Source: an uncultured Gemmatimonadaceae bacterium (lineage in GTDB: Bacteria > Latescibacterota > UBA2968 > UBA8231). Taken from it: a stretch of DNA of 64,000 bases. A program made the position numbers and the translations under genes. The stretch is taken from NCBI GenBank assembly GCA_964512165.1, contig CAZEHQ010000003.1, forward strand, positions 545 through 64,544. Reading direction: 5' to 3'. Shown here in pieces: positions 36,404 to 46,513 of the stretch. How positions within the stretch are numbered: the stretch's first letter is position 1; each line of letters opens with the position of its first letter. Under the pieces are notes generated by a model. It ran no database searches. It worked only from the letters and a program-made list of their open reading frames with translations, and was not told where the DNA came from.

Positions 36404-38128
36404 GTGCACCACCCTCCCTCCTGCCTCTCCGCCGCCCTCCTCCTCACCCTCACCGCCCCCTCCGCCGACGGCCAGGTCACCTTCGTCGACGTGACGGACC
36501 CGGCCGGCATCACCTTCCACTACACCCACGGCGGCACCGGCCGCAAGCACTTCATCGAGACCATGGGGCCGGGGTGCGCCTTCCTCGACTACGACGGCGA
36601 CGGCGGCCTCGATATCTACGCCGTCAACGGCCACGCCCTGGGAGGCTCCGAGTCCGCCGAGACCAACGAGCTCTACCGCAACTTGGGGGACGGCAGCTTC
36701 CGCGAGGTCGGCGGCGAGGCCGGCGCCGACGACCGCGGCTACGGGGTGGGCGTCACCGCCGCCGACTACGACAACGACGGCGACGCCGATCTCTACCTCA
36801 CCAACTACGGGCGCAACGTGCTGCTGCGGGGGCGGGGGGACGGGACCTTCGCCGACCACACCACTCAAGCCGCGGTGGGGGACTCCTCGTGGGGCACGGG
36901 GTGCGCCTTCCTCGACTACGACAACGACGGCCTCCTCGACCTCTACGTGGCCAACTACGTGGAGTACTCCCTCGACGCCGGGGGCCGGGATCTGACGCCC
37001 TACTTCCTCGCCGCCCCGGGCCAGGAGCCGGCGGCGGACCTGCGCGCCTATCCCAGCCCGGAGAATTTCCCCGGCTCCCCCGATGTCCTCTACCGCAACG
37101 GCGGCGACGGCACTTTCACCGACGTCACCGCCGCGGCCGGGGTCCACGATCCCGCGGGCAAGGGGATGGGCATCGCCGCCTCCGACTACGATGACGACGG
37201 CGACATGGACGTCTTCGTGGCCAACGACCAGACCGCCAACTTCCTCTACCGGAACAACGGCGACGGCACCTTCACCGACGTGGCCCTGCTGGCGGGGGTG
37301 GGGTACAGCGGCGACGGCCGGCCGGAGGCGAGCATGGGCGCCGACTTCGGGGACTACGACAACGACGGCCTCCTCGATCTCGTGGTCCCCAACTTCCACC
37401 GCGAGCCCACCAGTCTCTACCGCAACGAGGGGGACGGGCTGTTCGCCTGGGAGTCGATGCGGTCGGGCCTCGGCCGGCCGTCTCTCGCCTACGTCGGCTG
37501 GGGGACCGCCTTCCTCGACTACGACAACGACGGCTTCCTCGACGTCTTCGTCGCCAACGGCCACACTCTGGACAACATCGAGCTCTTCGACGCCTCCTCC
37601 TCGTACCCGCAGCCCGACCAGCTCTTCCGCAACACCGGGGCCGGCCGCTTCGAGGACGTCTCCGGCGCCGCGGGGGAGGCCCTGACCGCGCCCCGGGTGA
37701 GCCGGGGAGCGGCCTTCGGCGATTATGACGACGACGGCGATACGGATATCTTCGTGGTCCATTCCACGGGCCGCGCCGTCCTGCTGCGCAACGAGGGAGG
37801 CGACAAGGGGCACTGGCTGCAGGTGAAGACCGTGGGCGTGAAGGCGAACCGCGACGGCGTGGGGGCGCGGATCGAGGTCGTGTCCGGGGACCTGCGGCAG
37901 GTCCGGGAGATCCGCACCGGCTCCGGCCTCTACAGCCAGAACGACCCGCGCGCCTGCTTCGGCCTGGGGCAGAGGGAACGGGTGGACCTGCTGCGGGTGC
38001 GGTGGCCGGGTGGCGGCGTCGACCGCATCGAGGGCCTGCCCGTCAACCGGCTGGTGGTGGTGGCGGAAGGCATCGGGTTGATCGAGGGAGAGGAAGATCT
38101 GCCGCCGGCGGGCGGGAGTGCCGAGTGA
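36404..38128 (+). CDS. Secreted CRTAC1/ASPIC-UnbV family protein with FG-GAP/VCBS repeats
   Basis: Signal peptide, then FVDVTDPAGITFHYTHGG...GPGCAFLDYDGDGGLDIYAVNG. Repeated DYDNDGxxDLxV units. UnbV_ASPIC-like tail: NRDGVGARIEVVSGDLRQVREIRTGSGLYSQNDPRACFGLG. Confidence 0.85.
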   Translation: MHHPPSCLSAALLLTLTAPSADGQVTFVDVTDPAGITFHYTHGGTGRKHFIETMGPGCAFLDYDGDGGLDIYAVNGHALGGSESAETNELYRNLGDGSFREVGGEAGADDRGYGVGVTAADYDNDGDADLYLTNYGRNVLLRGRGDGTFADHTTQAAVGDSSWGTGCAFLDYDNDGLLDLYVANYVEYSLDAGGRDLTPYFLAAPGQEPAADLRAYPSPENFPGSPDVLYRNGGDGTFTDVTAAAGVHDPAGKGMGIAASDYDDDGDMDVFVANDQTANFLYRNNGDGTFTDVALLAGVGYSGDGRPEASMGADFGDYDNDGLLDLVVPNFHREPTSLYRNEGDGLFAWESMRSGLGRPSLAYVGWGTAFLDYDNDGFLDVFVANGHTLDNIELFDASSSYPQPDQLFRNTGAGRFEDVSGAAGEALTAPRVSRGAAFGDYDDDGDTDIFVVHSTGRAVLLRNEGGDKGHWLQVKTVGVKANRDGVGARIEVVSGDLRQVREIRTGSGLYSQNDPRACFGLGQRERVDLLRVRWPGGGVDRIEGLPVNRLVVVAEGIGLIEGEEDLPPAGGSAE

Positions 38129-38165
38129 AGGCAGCGATCACAGTGCGACAAGGAGTCCATCGAAC

Positions 38166-39443
38166 ATGAACAGAGGCGGGGTGCTGGTCGGGTTGGTTTT
38201 CCTGTGGGCGGGTGGGGCCGCCGGCGAGGTGACGCTGTCCCTCGGAGAGCGGGACGGCCAGCCGGTCTACGTCTTCGAGAACGAGTACCTGCGCAGCGAG
38301 ATCGCCCACACGCGCGGCCGCTCTCCCCTGAGCTACTTCGACAAGATCTCGGGGGTGGAGCAGCTGCGGCAGCTCGAGCCCCTCGACCGCAACCACGGCC
38401 GCCACTACTCCCACGGCGGCGTCGCCGAGTGCGTCCCCTGGACGGGGGGCGACCCGTACATGGGGTACCTGTGGACCCAGCCGTGGGAGATGACGGCGCG
38501 CACCCACGACCGCCGCGCCGTGCTGGTGGGGGAGGTGACCTTCCCCTACGCCGACCCGGTCACCGGCCGCCTGTGCGAGCTGAGGTTCGAGAAGCGCATG
38601 ACCGCGTACGAGGGCTCCACGCGCCTGAAGATGGACTACCGCATCACCAACGTGGGCGAGCGCCGGGCCCGCTTCCAGCACTGCGTCCACGGCAGTCCCT
38701 GCGTCGGCGGCGAGTGCGACGAGGGCGACTACTTCTACGCCCCGGGGAGCCGCTGCTGGGTCGTCTGGAGCGGCCTCCTGCCCCAGTACGAGATCCCCGA
38801 CGAGTCCTGGCACGGCTGGCCGATCCCCGAGGCCGTCGACTTCCGCCCGGGAGGCGAAGGCGGCCTGCAGCTCTTCGTGCCGGCCGCGTGGGGCGTCGTG
38901 GGCGACGACAAGACCCGCGAGGTGATGGCCATGGTCAGCTCCCCCGTGATCGCCGGCGGCGAGGAGATCCCCGTGTACATGGGCTACACCCGGGGCAAGG
39001 ATTCCTACTACCTGGAGCCCTCCATCACCAAGCACATCTCCAACCAGGCCGAGCGCTGGGAGCGGGAGGGCTACTCCGTCGACCTGGAGCGGGGCGAGGC
39101 CTGCGTCTACACGGTGGACATGGCCATGTTCCACGGCATCACCCAGGAGCAGGTGCGGTCCGTGCACACCCTCACCGGGGACTACGTGCTTCTGGAGGAA
39201 CCGCGCCTGGCGGGGGGGGAGGGCGCCGCGTCCGTGGAGATCGCCCTCGGTGTCTCCGGCGACGCGCGGGTCGTCCTGCGGCCGGCGGCGGGCGGGGAGG
39301 CCATGTTCGAGCGCGAGGTCGCCCCGGGCGAGGTGGCCCGCATCTCAAAGAAGGTCTCGCTGCCGGAAGGCGCGGGAGAGCTGGTCCTGCTGCTTGAGAA
39401 CGCCGCCGGCGAGCAGGTCCTGGCCCGGGGAGGCGGGGAGTGA
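38166..39443 (+). CDS. Secreted hypothetical protein
   Basis: ATG at 38166 gives MNRGGVLVGLVFLWAGGAAGE. The composition looks like a real protein. No named domain recognised. Confidence 0.6.
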   Translation: MNRGGVLVGLVFLWAGGAAGEVTLSLGERDGQPVYVFENEYLRSEIAHTRGRSPLSYFDKISGVEQLRQLEPLDRNHGRHYSHGGVAECVPWTGGDPYMGYLWTQPWEMTARTHDRRAVLVGEVTFPYADPVTGRLCELRFEKRMTAYEGSTRLKMDYRITNVGERRARFQHCVHGSPCVGGECDEGDYFYAPGSRCWVVWSGLLPQYEIPDESWHGWPIPEAVDFRPGGEGGLQLFVPAAWGVVGDDKTREVMAMVSSPVIAGGEEIPVYMGYTRGKDSYYLEPSITKHISNQAERWEREGYSVDLERGEACVYTVDMAMFHGITQEQVRSVHTLTGDYVLLEEPRLAGGEGAASVEIALGVSGDARVVLRPAAGGEAMFEREVAPGEVARISKKVSLPEGAGELVLLLENAAGEQVLARGGGE

Positions 39444-40453
39444 GCGCTCCGAAGCTGAGATCGCGGAACTACCCCCCCGAGCACGGGATCCTGGTCCCCG
39501 TGGAGCACCAGCGCCGCGTGATCCGGGACCTCCTCGCCACCACGGCGATGCGGCCCTCGGACGCCGACTACCTCACCGAGCGCCTCGTGACCAACGACGC
39601 CCGCTCCCTCTACAGCCACGGCAGCCGGCAGCTGCGCCACTACCTGGAGAACCTCGACAACGGCAACGTCAACCCCGAGCCCGATGTCCGGGTGATTGCC
39701 AGCGACGGCGCCGCCGCCGTGGTCGACGGCGACGGCGGCCTGGGGTACCTGGCCTGCCGCGTGGGCATGGAGCAGGTCCTGGAGCGCACCCGGTCCCTGG
39801 GCGTGGGCGCCTGCTCCACGGGCAACCACTTCCACATCGGCTCGGCCGGGATCTGGTCGCGCATGGCCGTCGAGCAGGGCTACGTAGGCATGGCCATGTC
39901 CGCCCACCGCAACCGCCTCGACCCGGAGAGCTCGGTGGTGGGAGTGATGAGCTCCTCGCCCCTGAGCATCGGCTTCCCCTCGGGGGAGCAGCCGCCCTTC
40001 ATCCTCGACATGGGGGGCGTCATCCTCCCGGGCCGGCAGGACCTGATGGAGGAGATCCCCCACAGCTTCTTCAAGGCCATGGGGGTCTCCACGGCGATCC
40101 AGGTCTTCGCCGGCATCCTCGCCGGGATCTACCGGACGAGCGTGGCTCCCCCCGAGTCGAGGTGGACGGCGAACCAGGGCGCCTTCCTGTGCGCCTGGGA
40201 CGTGCGGCGCTTCATGGACCTCGACGAGTTCACGGCGGAGATGGACCGCTTCATCGGCGAGGCGAGGGCCATGCAGCCACTGCCCGGCCTGGAGCGCGCC
40301 GAGCTGCCGGGGGGCATGGAGTGGCAGTGGGAGAAGGACAACCGCGAGCGGGGCATCCCCCTCGGGGACGCGCACCGCCAGGAGCTGGAGGAGCTGGCCG
40401 CCGAGGCCGGCGTCGACTGCGGCTACGCCCAATACGAGGAGACGAGATTCTGA
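39440..40453 (+). CDS. Ldh_2 family (malate / L-lactate / sulfolactate-type) dehydrogenase
   Basis: GTGA overlap with the upstream gene. GGLGYLACRVGMEQVLERTRSLGVGACSTGNHFHIGSAGIWSRMAVEQGYVGMAMS fits the Ldh_2 core. Confidence 0.75.
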   Translation: MSAPKLRSRNYPPEHGILVPVEHQRRVIRDLLATTAMRPSDADYLTERLVTNDARSLYSHGSRQLRHYLENLDNGNVNPEPDVRVIASDGAAAVVDGDGGLGYLACRVGMEQVLERTRSLGVGACSTGNHFHIGSAGIWSRMAVEQGYVGMAMSAHRNRLDPESSVVGVMSSSPLSIGFPSGEQPPFILDMGGVILPGRQDLMEEIPHSFFKAMGVSTAIQVFAGILAGIYRTSVAPPESRWTANQGAFLCAWDVRRFMDLDEFTAEMDRFIGEARAMQPLPGLERAELPGGMEWQWEKDNRERGIPLGDAHRQELEELAAEAGVDCGYAQYEETRF

Positions 40454-41739
40454 TGACGGACAATTGGCGCACCGGGATCTACCTGACCCCAAGTGTCATC
40501 ACCGGGCACCCCGACTACGTGAAGCGGCTGCGGGACGAGATCGGCCTCGACACGGTGATCATCCCCTTCACCGGCCAGCTGCCGCCGGAGGTGGAGGCCC
40601 TCAGCCCCTACTCCAGCCGCACCCCGGACGACGCCGAGCTGGACGGCCTGGTGCTGCGCCACTTCGACGGCCGCCCCGTCGACCCGCGCGAGTACCCCCA
40701 GGCCGCCGGCTACGGCCCCGCCGTCCACGCCCCGGGCGACGACGCCGCCTTCCGGGCCGTGGTGGACCAGCTCAAGGGGGACGGTCTCGAGGTCTGGACC
40801 TACGGCGGCGCCTGGACCATCCGGCGCCTCATGTACTGCCCCTCCCAGGAGGCGACGCGGCGCTGGTTCGAGGCCGTGTACGTGCACTGGGCCACGCAGT
40901 ACGGCCTCGACGCCCTCGACAACACCCACTCGCGGTACCCCATGGGCAGCTTCCCCCTCGGCCTCTTCGGCTGCACCTGCGCCTCGTGCGCCGCCGCCGC
41001 CGCCGAGCTGGGCTACGACATGGACCGCATGGTGGCGGACCTCAAGAGCGCCCGCCAGGGGCTCAACCAGCTCGACGGCGCCCGCCTCGGCGAGGTGACC
41101 CGCCTCGGCTTCGGGTTCTTCGACGTGGTCCACGCCCTGGGGCTGAAGTCGGGCGTCCTCGACTGGGTCCGGTTCCGCTGCGACCTGCTCACCCGCAACC
41201 TCGCCCGCTTCCGCTCGGTGGTGAAGGCAGCGGCGCCGCAGGTCGCCTTCGGCACCGACACCTATCCCAGCTCCATGGCGCTCACCGCCGGCCACGACCA
41301 CCGCCGCTGGGGGGAGATGGCCGACTTCGCCAGCCCCCTCGTCTCCCACATCTCGGCCTTCGTCTGCAACACCTTCATCGAGTGGGCCCGCTTCCTCCAG
41401 GAGGAGGTTCCGGGCCTTACGGAGGAGGACGCCCTGCAGGTCGTGTACCGCTTCAACGGCTACGACGGCATGGGCCTGCCCGAGACGATCGAGGCCTACC
41501 GCCACGAGGAGGCCGCCACCCTCGCCTACCGCATCCCCACGGCCGACCTCGTGCTGCGGGACCTGACCAAGGCGAAGCTCTACCTGCCGACGGACATGCC
41601 CTCCTATCCGATCATCCACGGCGAGGGCTGGCCCCGGGAGACGATCGACCGCATCGTCGACGAGGCCCGCCGCCTCGGCCACAACGGCATCATGTGGCAG
41701 GGCACGGAGGAGTTGATGGAGTACGACTTCAACGGCTGA
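40453..41739 (+). CDS. Hypothetical protein (428 aa), co-operonic with sugar-acid enzymes
   Basis: TGATG overlap with the Ldh_2 gene. In frame with ORF 39250..41739. No named domain recognised. Confidence 0.6.
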   Translation: MTDNWRTGIYLTPSVITGHPDYVKRLRDEIGLDTVIIPFTGQLPPEVEALSPYSSRTPDDAELDGLVLRHFDGRPVDPREYPQAAGYGPAVHAPGDDAAFRAVVDQLKGDGLEVWTYGGAWTIRRLMYCPSQEATRRWFEAVYVHWATQYGLDALDNTHSRYPMGSFPLGLFGCTCASCAAAAAELGYDMDRMVADLKSARQGLNQLDGARLGEVTRLGFGFFDVVHALGLKSGVLDWVRFRCDLLTRNLARFRSVVKAAAPQVAFGTDTYPSSMALTAGHDHRRWGEMADFASPLVSHISAFVCNTFIEWARFLQEEVPGLTEEDALQVVYRFNGYDGMGLPETIEAYRHEEAATLAYRIPTADLVLRDLTKAKLYLPTDMPSYPIIHGEGWPRETIDRIVDEARRLGHNGIMWQGTEELMEYDFNG

Positions 41740-41755
41740 GACAGGAGGAGGAGGG

Positions 41756-42724
41756 ATGCTGATCCAGGACCAGTTGAACCACGCCCACGTGAACGACGAG
41801 AACCTGGCCTTCTACAAGGCCATCGGCGTCGACTACCTGACCGTCAACCCGCCGCCCTTCGCCGCCGGCAACCACGGGCCCATGTCGACCCGGGAGGAGA
41901 TGGCGGAGTACCTCTCGGGCGTGCGCCGCCTCGCCGAGTCCCACGGCCTGAAGTTCATGAACATCGCCTTCGTGGGGCCCGACGAGATCACCCTGGCGCG
42001 GCCGGACCGGGACGAGAAGATCCAGCAGTGGATCGAGGCCCTGCGCGCCATGAGCGACGCCGGGGTGCCGACCCTGGGCTACAACTTCAAGCCCATCGGC
42101 AACTTCCGCACCACCTCGGCCACCGGCCGCGGCGGGTCGAAGTACAGCACCTTCGACTACGACGAGTGGCAGCGCACCAAGGGGGAGTGGCCCGACAAGC
42201 AGATCGACGAGGCCTCCATGTGGGCCAACATCCGCTACTTCCTGGAGCGCATCGTCCCCGAGGCCGAGGCCTGCGGCGTGCGCCTGGCCCTGCACCCGGA
42301 CGACCCGCCCATCCCCGAGGCCATGGGCGGCGCCATGCGCATCGTCTCCACCCTCGACCAGTACGAGCGCATCTTCGGCATGGTGCCCAGCGACGCCAAC
42401 GCCATGCTGTTCTGCCAGGGCTGCGTCACCGAGATGGGCGTCGACGTGTACGACGCCATCCGCCGCATCGGCTCCCAGGGCAAGATCGTCTACGTCCACT
42501 TCCGCAACGTGAAAGGGTCGGGCCACTACTTCGAGGAGGTTTTCATCGACGAGGGCGACGTGGACATGCTCAAGGCGATGCAGGTCTACAAGGAGATCGG
42601 TTTCGAGGGGCCCTTCATGATGGACCACACCCCGGGGATCCCCGGCCAGCACGGCGGCCTGGCGGGCCACGCCCTGGCGGCCGGTTACATGAGGGCCGCG
42701 ATTCAGGCGGTCTACGGGAATTGA
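41756..42724 (+). CDS. Mannonate dehydratase (UxuA)-family / xylose-isomerase-like TIM barrel protein
   Basis: LALHPDDPPIPEAMGGAMRIVSTLDQYERIF...MLFCQGCVTEMG.DVYDAIRR....IVYVHFRNVKG matches the UxuA family pattern. Confidence 0.7.
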   Translation: MLIQDQLNHAHVNDENLAFYKAIGVDYLTVNPPPFAAGNHGPMSTREEMAEYLSGVRRLAESHGLKFMNIAFVGPDEITLARPDRDEKIQQWIEALRAMSDAGVPTLGYNFKPIGNFRTTSATGRGGSKYSTFDYDEWQRTKGEWPDKQIDEASMWANIRYFLERIVPEAEACGVRLALHPDDPPIPEAMGGAMRIVSTLDQYERIFGMVPSDANAMLFCQGCVTEMGVDVYDAIRRIGSQGKIVYVHFRNVKGSGHYFEEVFIDEGDVDMLKAMQVYKEIGFEGPFMMDHTPGIPGQHGGLAGHALAAGYMRAAIQAVYGN

Positions 42725-42749
42725 TGGATCGACGCGAACTTGGCGCGGC

Positions 42750-42809
42750 CGGGATTTGGGGCCGGGAGACGATCTGACCCCGGGCAGTTGGAACAGCATT
42801 CTGAAGCGT
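42750..42809 (+). pseudogene. HicA toxin 3'-terminal remnant
   Basis: In-frame translation ...GRDLGPGDDLTPGSWNSILKR runs straight into the hicB ATG. DDLTPGSWNSILKR matches the HicA C-terminal consensus (DLpPGTLrSILKQ). The 5' part of the gene is missing, abutting or overlapping the preceding gene end at 42724. Confidence 0.3.
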
Positions 42810-43265
<456 letters not shown>

Positions 43266-43289
43266 CCCCCCTCACTGGGGAGACACGAG

Positions 43290-43631
43290 ATGATCCCGGA
43301 GCTTGAGGAGAGGGGCGACGAGCTGAGACGACTCTGTCTCCAGTACGGCGTGCAGAGGCTCGCCCTGTTCGGTTCTGCGGCAGGCGGTCGGTTCGATGAA
43401 GACAAGAGCGACCTTGACTTCCTGGTGGAGTTCAAGGAGTTGCCGCTGAGAGCGTATGGCGCTGCCTATTTCGGGCTGCTGAAGTCCCTGGAGCAGATGT
43501 TTGGGCGCTCCGTCGACTTGGTGGACGACTCCAGTATCAAGAACCCGTATCTGCGGGAATCGGTTGATGAGAGCAAGGTAGAGGTCTATGCAGCGTGTAC
43601 GAGCGGATCATCAGTTTTCGCAACACACTGA
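43290..43631 (+). CDS. MNT-type nucleotidyltransferase (antitoxin of HEPN/MNT pairs)
   Basis: LRRLCLQYGVQRLALFGSAAGGRFDEDKSDLDFLVEF contains the GS...D.D nucleotidyltransferase motif. The tail after ...VEVYAA looks non-native. Confidence 0.75.
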   Translation: MIPELEERGDELRRLCLQYGVQRLALFGSAAGGRFDEDKSDLDFLVEFKELPLRAYGAAYFGLLKSLEQMFGRSVDLVDDSSIKNPYLRESVDESKVEVYAACTSGSSVFATH

Positions 43632-43702
43632 TCCACGGCTACTCCGACGTGAATGACCGGGTGGTGTGGTTTGTTGACGCCCTGTTGGCGGAGGCCGGCT
43701 GA
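43571..43702 (+). pseudogene. HEPN (DUF86) toxin remnant; only the C-terminal ~35 codons remain
   Basis: This frame reads ...VYERIISFRNTLIHGYSDVNDRVVWFVDALLAEAG-stop. It contains the R-N-x-x-x-H-x-Y HEPN motif, but the frame opens only at 43571. About two thirds of a normal DUF86 gene is absent. Confidence 0.5.
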
Positions 43703-43736
43703 TGGTGAGGGCCCAGGCGGTGCACGGCCATCGACC

Positions 43737-44327
43737 TCAGCGCGCCCTGCCGCTCGCCTTGACCACGCCCCAGCTCGAACTCGCCACCGCCGTGACTTGG
43801 CCGTCCCGCACCCGCACCTCCACCTCGTGAAAGACGATCGTCCCCAGGGCCACCAGCTCGATGTTGTCGGCCCGGGTGCCGGTGGGGAAGGGCACCTCCG
43901 TCCACGCATCGGTCACCCTCGAGTGGTTTGCCGCGGAGGCGGTCCTCGTGCCCTCGGGCTCACGCAGGGTCCCGGTCTCGTCGAGACGACCCCCCACGTA
44001 GGCGCGGATCTCGTAGTCGTTGCCGATGGAGCCGATGTAGACGCGCACCGCCTCCAGGTCGAGGGGCTCCTCCCACTCGAAGACCAGGATGCCCCCGCCA
44101 TGCCAGAGGAAGCCCCCGGCCTGCGGATCGTCGGCGGGTGTCTCGCCATCGACCAGAGACGCGAGATCGCCCTCCGAGGTGTTCCAGGTGGTGGCCCGGG
44201 TCACGGCATCGACGGCGGCGTTGCGGCCGGCCCCGGTCGCCGCCGCGGAGACCAGCACCAGCCAGACCGCCGCCGCGGCCAGAGCCAGGGCGCCGGTCCT
44301 CGTTTCAAGGAGTGAAGAGGATGTCAC
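43737..44327 (-). CDS. Secreted or membrane-anchored protein with a discoidin-like carbohydrate-binding-type domain
   Basis: Hydrophobic N-terminus GALALAAAAVWLVLVSAAATGAG. LASLVDGETPADDP...ILVFEWEEPLDLEAVRVYIGS...IVFHEVEVRV resembles F5/8-type-C modules. GTG start with no obvious RBS. Confidence 0.6.
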   Translation of the reverse strand: MTSSSLLETRTGALALAAAAVWLVLVSAAATGAGRNAAVDAVTRATTWNTSEGDLASLVDGETPADDPQAGGFLWHGGGILVFEWEEPLDLEAVRVYIGSIGNDYEIRAYVGGRLDETGTLREPEGTRTASAANHSRVTDAWTEVPFPTGTRADNIELVALGTIVFHEVEVRVRDGQVTAVASSSWGVVKASGRAR

Positions 44328-46513
44328 GACGGAAGAAGAGAACGCTTGCCGCGGCCGTCCTGCTGATCGCCGCTCTCGCCGGCTGGGATATCCATGCCCA
44401 TCGCGCCACCATCTGGTTCGTGGGGCCGGCCGGGGCCGCCCTGGGCGAGGACGAGCCGGTCCGGGTCGAGGGCCTGCCGATCATCCGGCCCAACACGATC
44501 ACCCTGGGGGAGGGGCATCCCACGGTGGCCGTCGCCGCCTCCATCGACGCCGAGCTGGCCGAGCCCGCGCCCCTCGACGCCGTCCTGAGCTACGACCAGC
44601 TCGACGCGGTGGTCAGCCGCGCCCTCGACCTGGACCGCTCCGGCCGCTCCCTGCGCGACGTCATCGAGGCCGGCGACGAGGTGCTGATCAAGGTCAACAA
44701 CATCACCAACCGCGGCAATCGCAACTCCTCCTACCACGCCCGGGGCTTCGAGCACCCGGGGCAGATCACCGACCTGCGGGTGGTGAAGAGCGTAATCGCC
44801 TACCTCATACGGCACGTGGGGCCCGAGAGAATCACCGTCGTCGAGGGCGGCTCCCAGTCGCCCCGCAAGGGCGCCCCCGGGTTCCCCACCAACGCCACCA
44901 ATGACAGCTGGTCGGTGACCTATCCCGAGTTCGACGGACTCTCCTACGAGAAGATCCTGGAGGAGTTCGCCGCCATGGAGGTGGCCACCGTCGTCGACAC
45001 GGCGGACCTCAACTACGCCCCCTTCAGCCGCAAGTACGTGCCCGGCGGCGCCTTCCAGCGGCTGGGGGTGACCCGCCTGAACTACCCCAACGCCCAGCAG
45101 GGCTTCCACGTGGCCGGCACCGGCCGGTTCCGCGACGCGCCGCTCACGGTGCCCACCATCCTCCTCGAGGCGGACAAGGTCATCTCCCTGCCGGCGATGA
45201 AGACCCACGTCTACGGCCCGACCCTGGGCATCAAGAACTTCGTGGGCGCCCTCTCGCCCCGGGGGCGCGGCACCAGCAGCCTCTCCAAGGGCGAGCTGTT
45301 CCAGTTCAACCCGGAGCACGGCCAGGTCGACATCTTCACCTTCCACCCGGCGGACTACACGATCCTCCAAGGCTTCTGGGGCACCGAGGGCGACGGCCCC
45401 CAGGACGGCGTCAACATCCAGCACAACATCGTCGTCGCCGGCGCCGACCCGGTGGCCACGGAGGCCGTGGGCAGCGTCGCCATGGGCTACAACCCGCTCG
45501 ATCTGGAGCTGCTCTACCTGGCGGCGATCAAGGGCTTCGGCACCTTCGACCTGGACAGGATCGAGGTGGTGGGGCGGCCCGTGGAGAGCATCCGGCACGA
45601 CTACATCAAGTCCCGCATCCACACCCTCGGCGCCCGCCATCCCCCCTTCTACGGGCGCGGCATCCGCCGCTGGCTTGTGGCCGGGCCCTTCCCGGGGGCC
45701 GATCTCGACGCCGTCCACCTGCCCGACGAGGCCGACCTGCGGCCCGTGGAGGGGCAGGCCGCTCTCGACCGCACCTGGACCCGGGTGGAGCACCTGGGCT
45801 ACTCGGCCGAGGTCCTCGACCTGGGGCAGGTCAACGGCGAGACGGAGGACGCCGCCCACTACGCCTTCACCCTGGTCCACGCCGACCGGGCCATGGACGG
45901 GTTCCTCGCCCTCGGGTACGGCGATCTCGTGCCGAAGGGGCAGGGAGGCGGCGACGTGGCCCGGGTCTGGCTGAACGGGGAGGTCGTCCACGACGGCAGC
46001 GAGCGCCGCGGCTTCCGCCTCGCCGACAAGACCTTCCCGCCCATCGAGGTCCAGCTCCGTCAAGGCGAGAACCGGCTGCTCTTCAAGGTGGGCAACTTCG
46101 AGCGCGACGCGTGGCTGGCCGCCCATCTCGTGGACGAGGACGGGGACCGGCTCTTCGGCATCGAGTACTCCCTGACCGGGGAGATGCCCACCGCCGTGGA
46201 CGAGGGCGCGGCGGAGGCGGAAGCCCTTCCGGCGCAACCGGTTCTGCTGGCGAACTACCCCAATCCCTTCAATCCGGCCACCCGCCTCCGCTTCGTGATG
46301 CCCCACGAGGCCCGGGTCCGCCTGGAGATCTACGATCTGGCCGGACAGCGGCTGCGCCGGCTGATGGACCGGACCGTGGCAGCGGGGCGCTACGAGGTCG
46401 CCTGGGACGGACGCGACGCCTCCGGATTCAACGCCGCCAGCGGCGTCTACCACGCCGTGCTGCGCGACGACGGCGGCCGGCGCTGGTCCAGGGCGATGAC
46501 GCTGATCCGATGA
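44321..46513 (+). CDS. Secreted DUF362 domain protein with a T9SS-type C-terminal sorting domain
   Basis: AAGGAG RBS, ATG at 44321. Signal/TM segment RTLAAAVLLIAALAG. DUF362 motifs: GDEVLIKVNNIT and VISLPAMKTHVYGPTLGIKNFVGAL. CTD: NYPNPFNPATRLRFVMP...VAWDGRDASGFNAASGVYHAVL. Confidence 0.8.
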   Translation: MSRRKKRTLAAAVLLIAALAGWDIHAHRATIWFVGPAGAALGEDEPVRVEGLPIIRPNTITLGEGHPTVAVAASIDAELAEPAPLDAVLSYDQLDAVVSRALDLDRSGRSLRDVIEAGDEVLIKVNNITNRGNRNSSYHARGFEHPGQITDLRVVKSVIAYLIRHVGPERITVVEGGSQSPRKGAPGFPTNATNDSWSVTYPEFDGLSYEKILEEFAAMEVATVVDTADLNYAPFSRKYVPGGAFQRLGVTRLNYPNAQQGFHVAGTGRFRDAPLTVPTILLEADKVISLPAMKTHVYGPTLGIKNFVGALSPRGRGTSSLSKGELFQFNPEHGQVDIFTFHPADYTILQGFWGTEGDGPQDGVNIQHNIVVAGADPVATEAVGSVAMGYNPLDLELLYLAAIKGFGTFDLDRIEVVGRPVESIRHDYIKSRIHTLGARHPPFYGRGIRRWLVAGPFPGADLDAVHLPDEADLRPVEGQAALDRTWTRVEHLGYSAEVLDLGQVNGETEDAAHYAFTLVHADRAMDGFLALGYGDLVPKGQGGGDVARVWLNGEVVHDGSERRGFRLADKTFPPIEVQLRQGENRLLFKVGNFERDAWLAAHLVDEDGDRLFGIEYSLTGEMPTAVDEGAAEAEALPAQPVLLANYPNPFNPATRLRFVMPHEARVRLEIYDLAGQRLRRLMDRTVAAGRYEVAWDGRDASGFNAASGVYHAVLRDDGGRRWSRAMTLIR

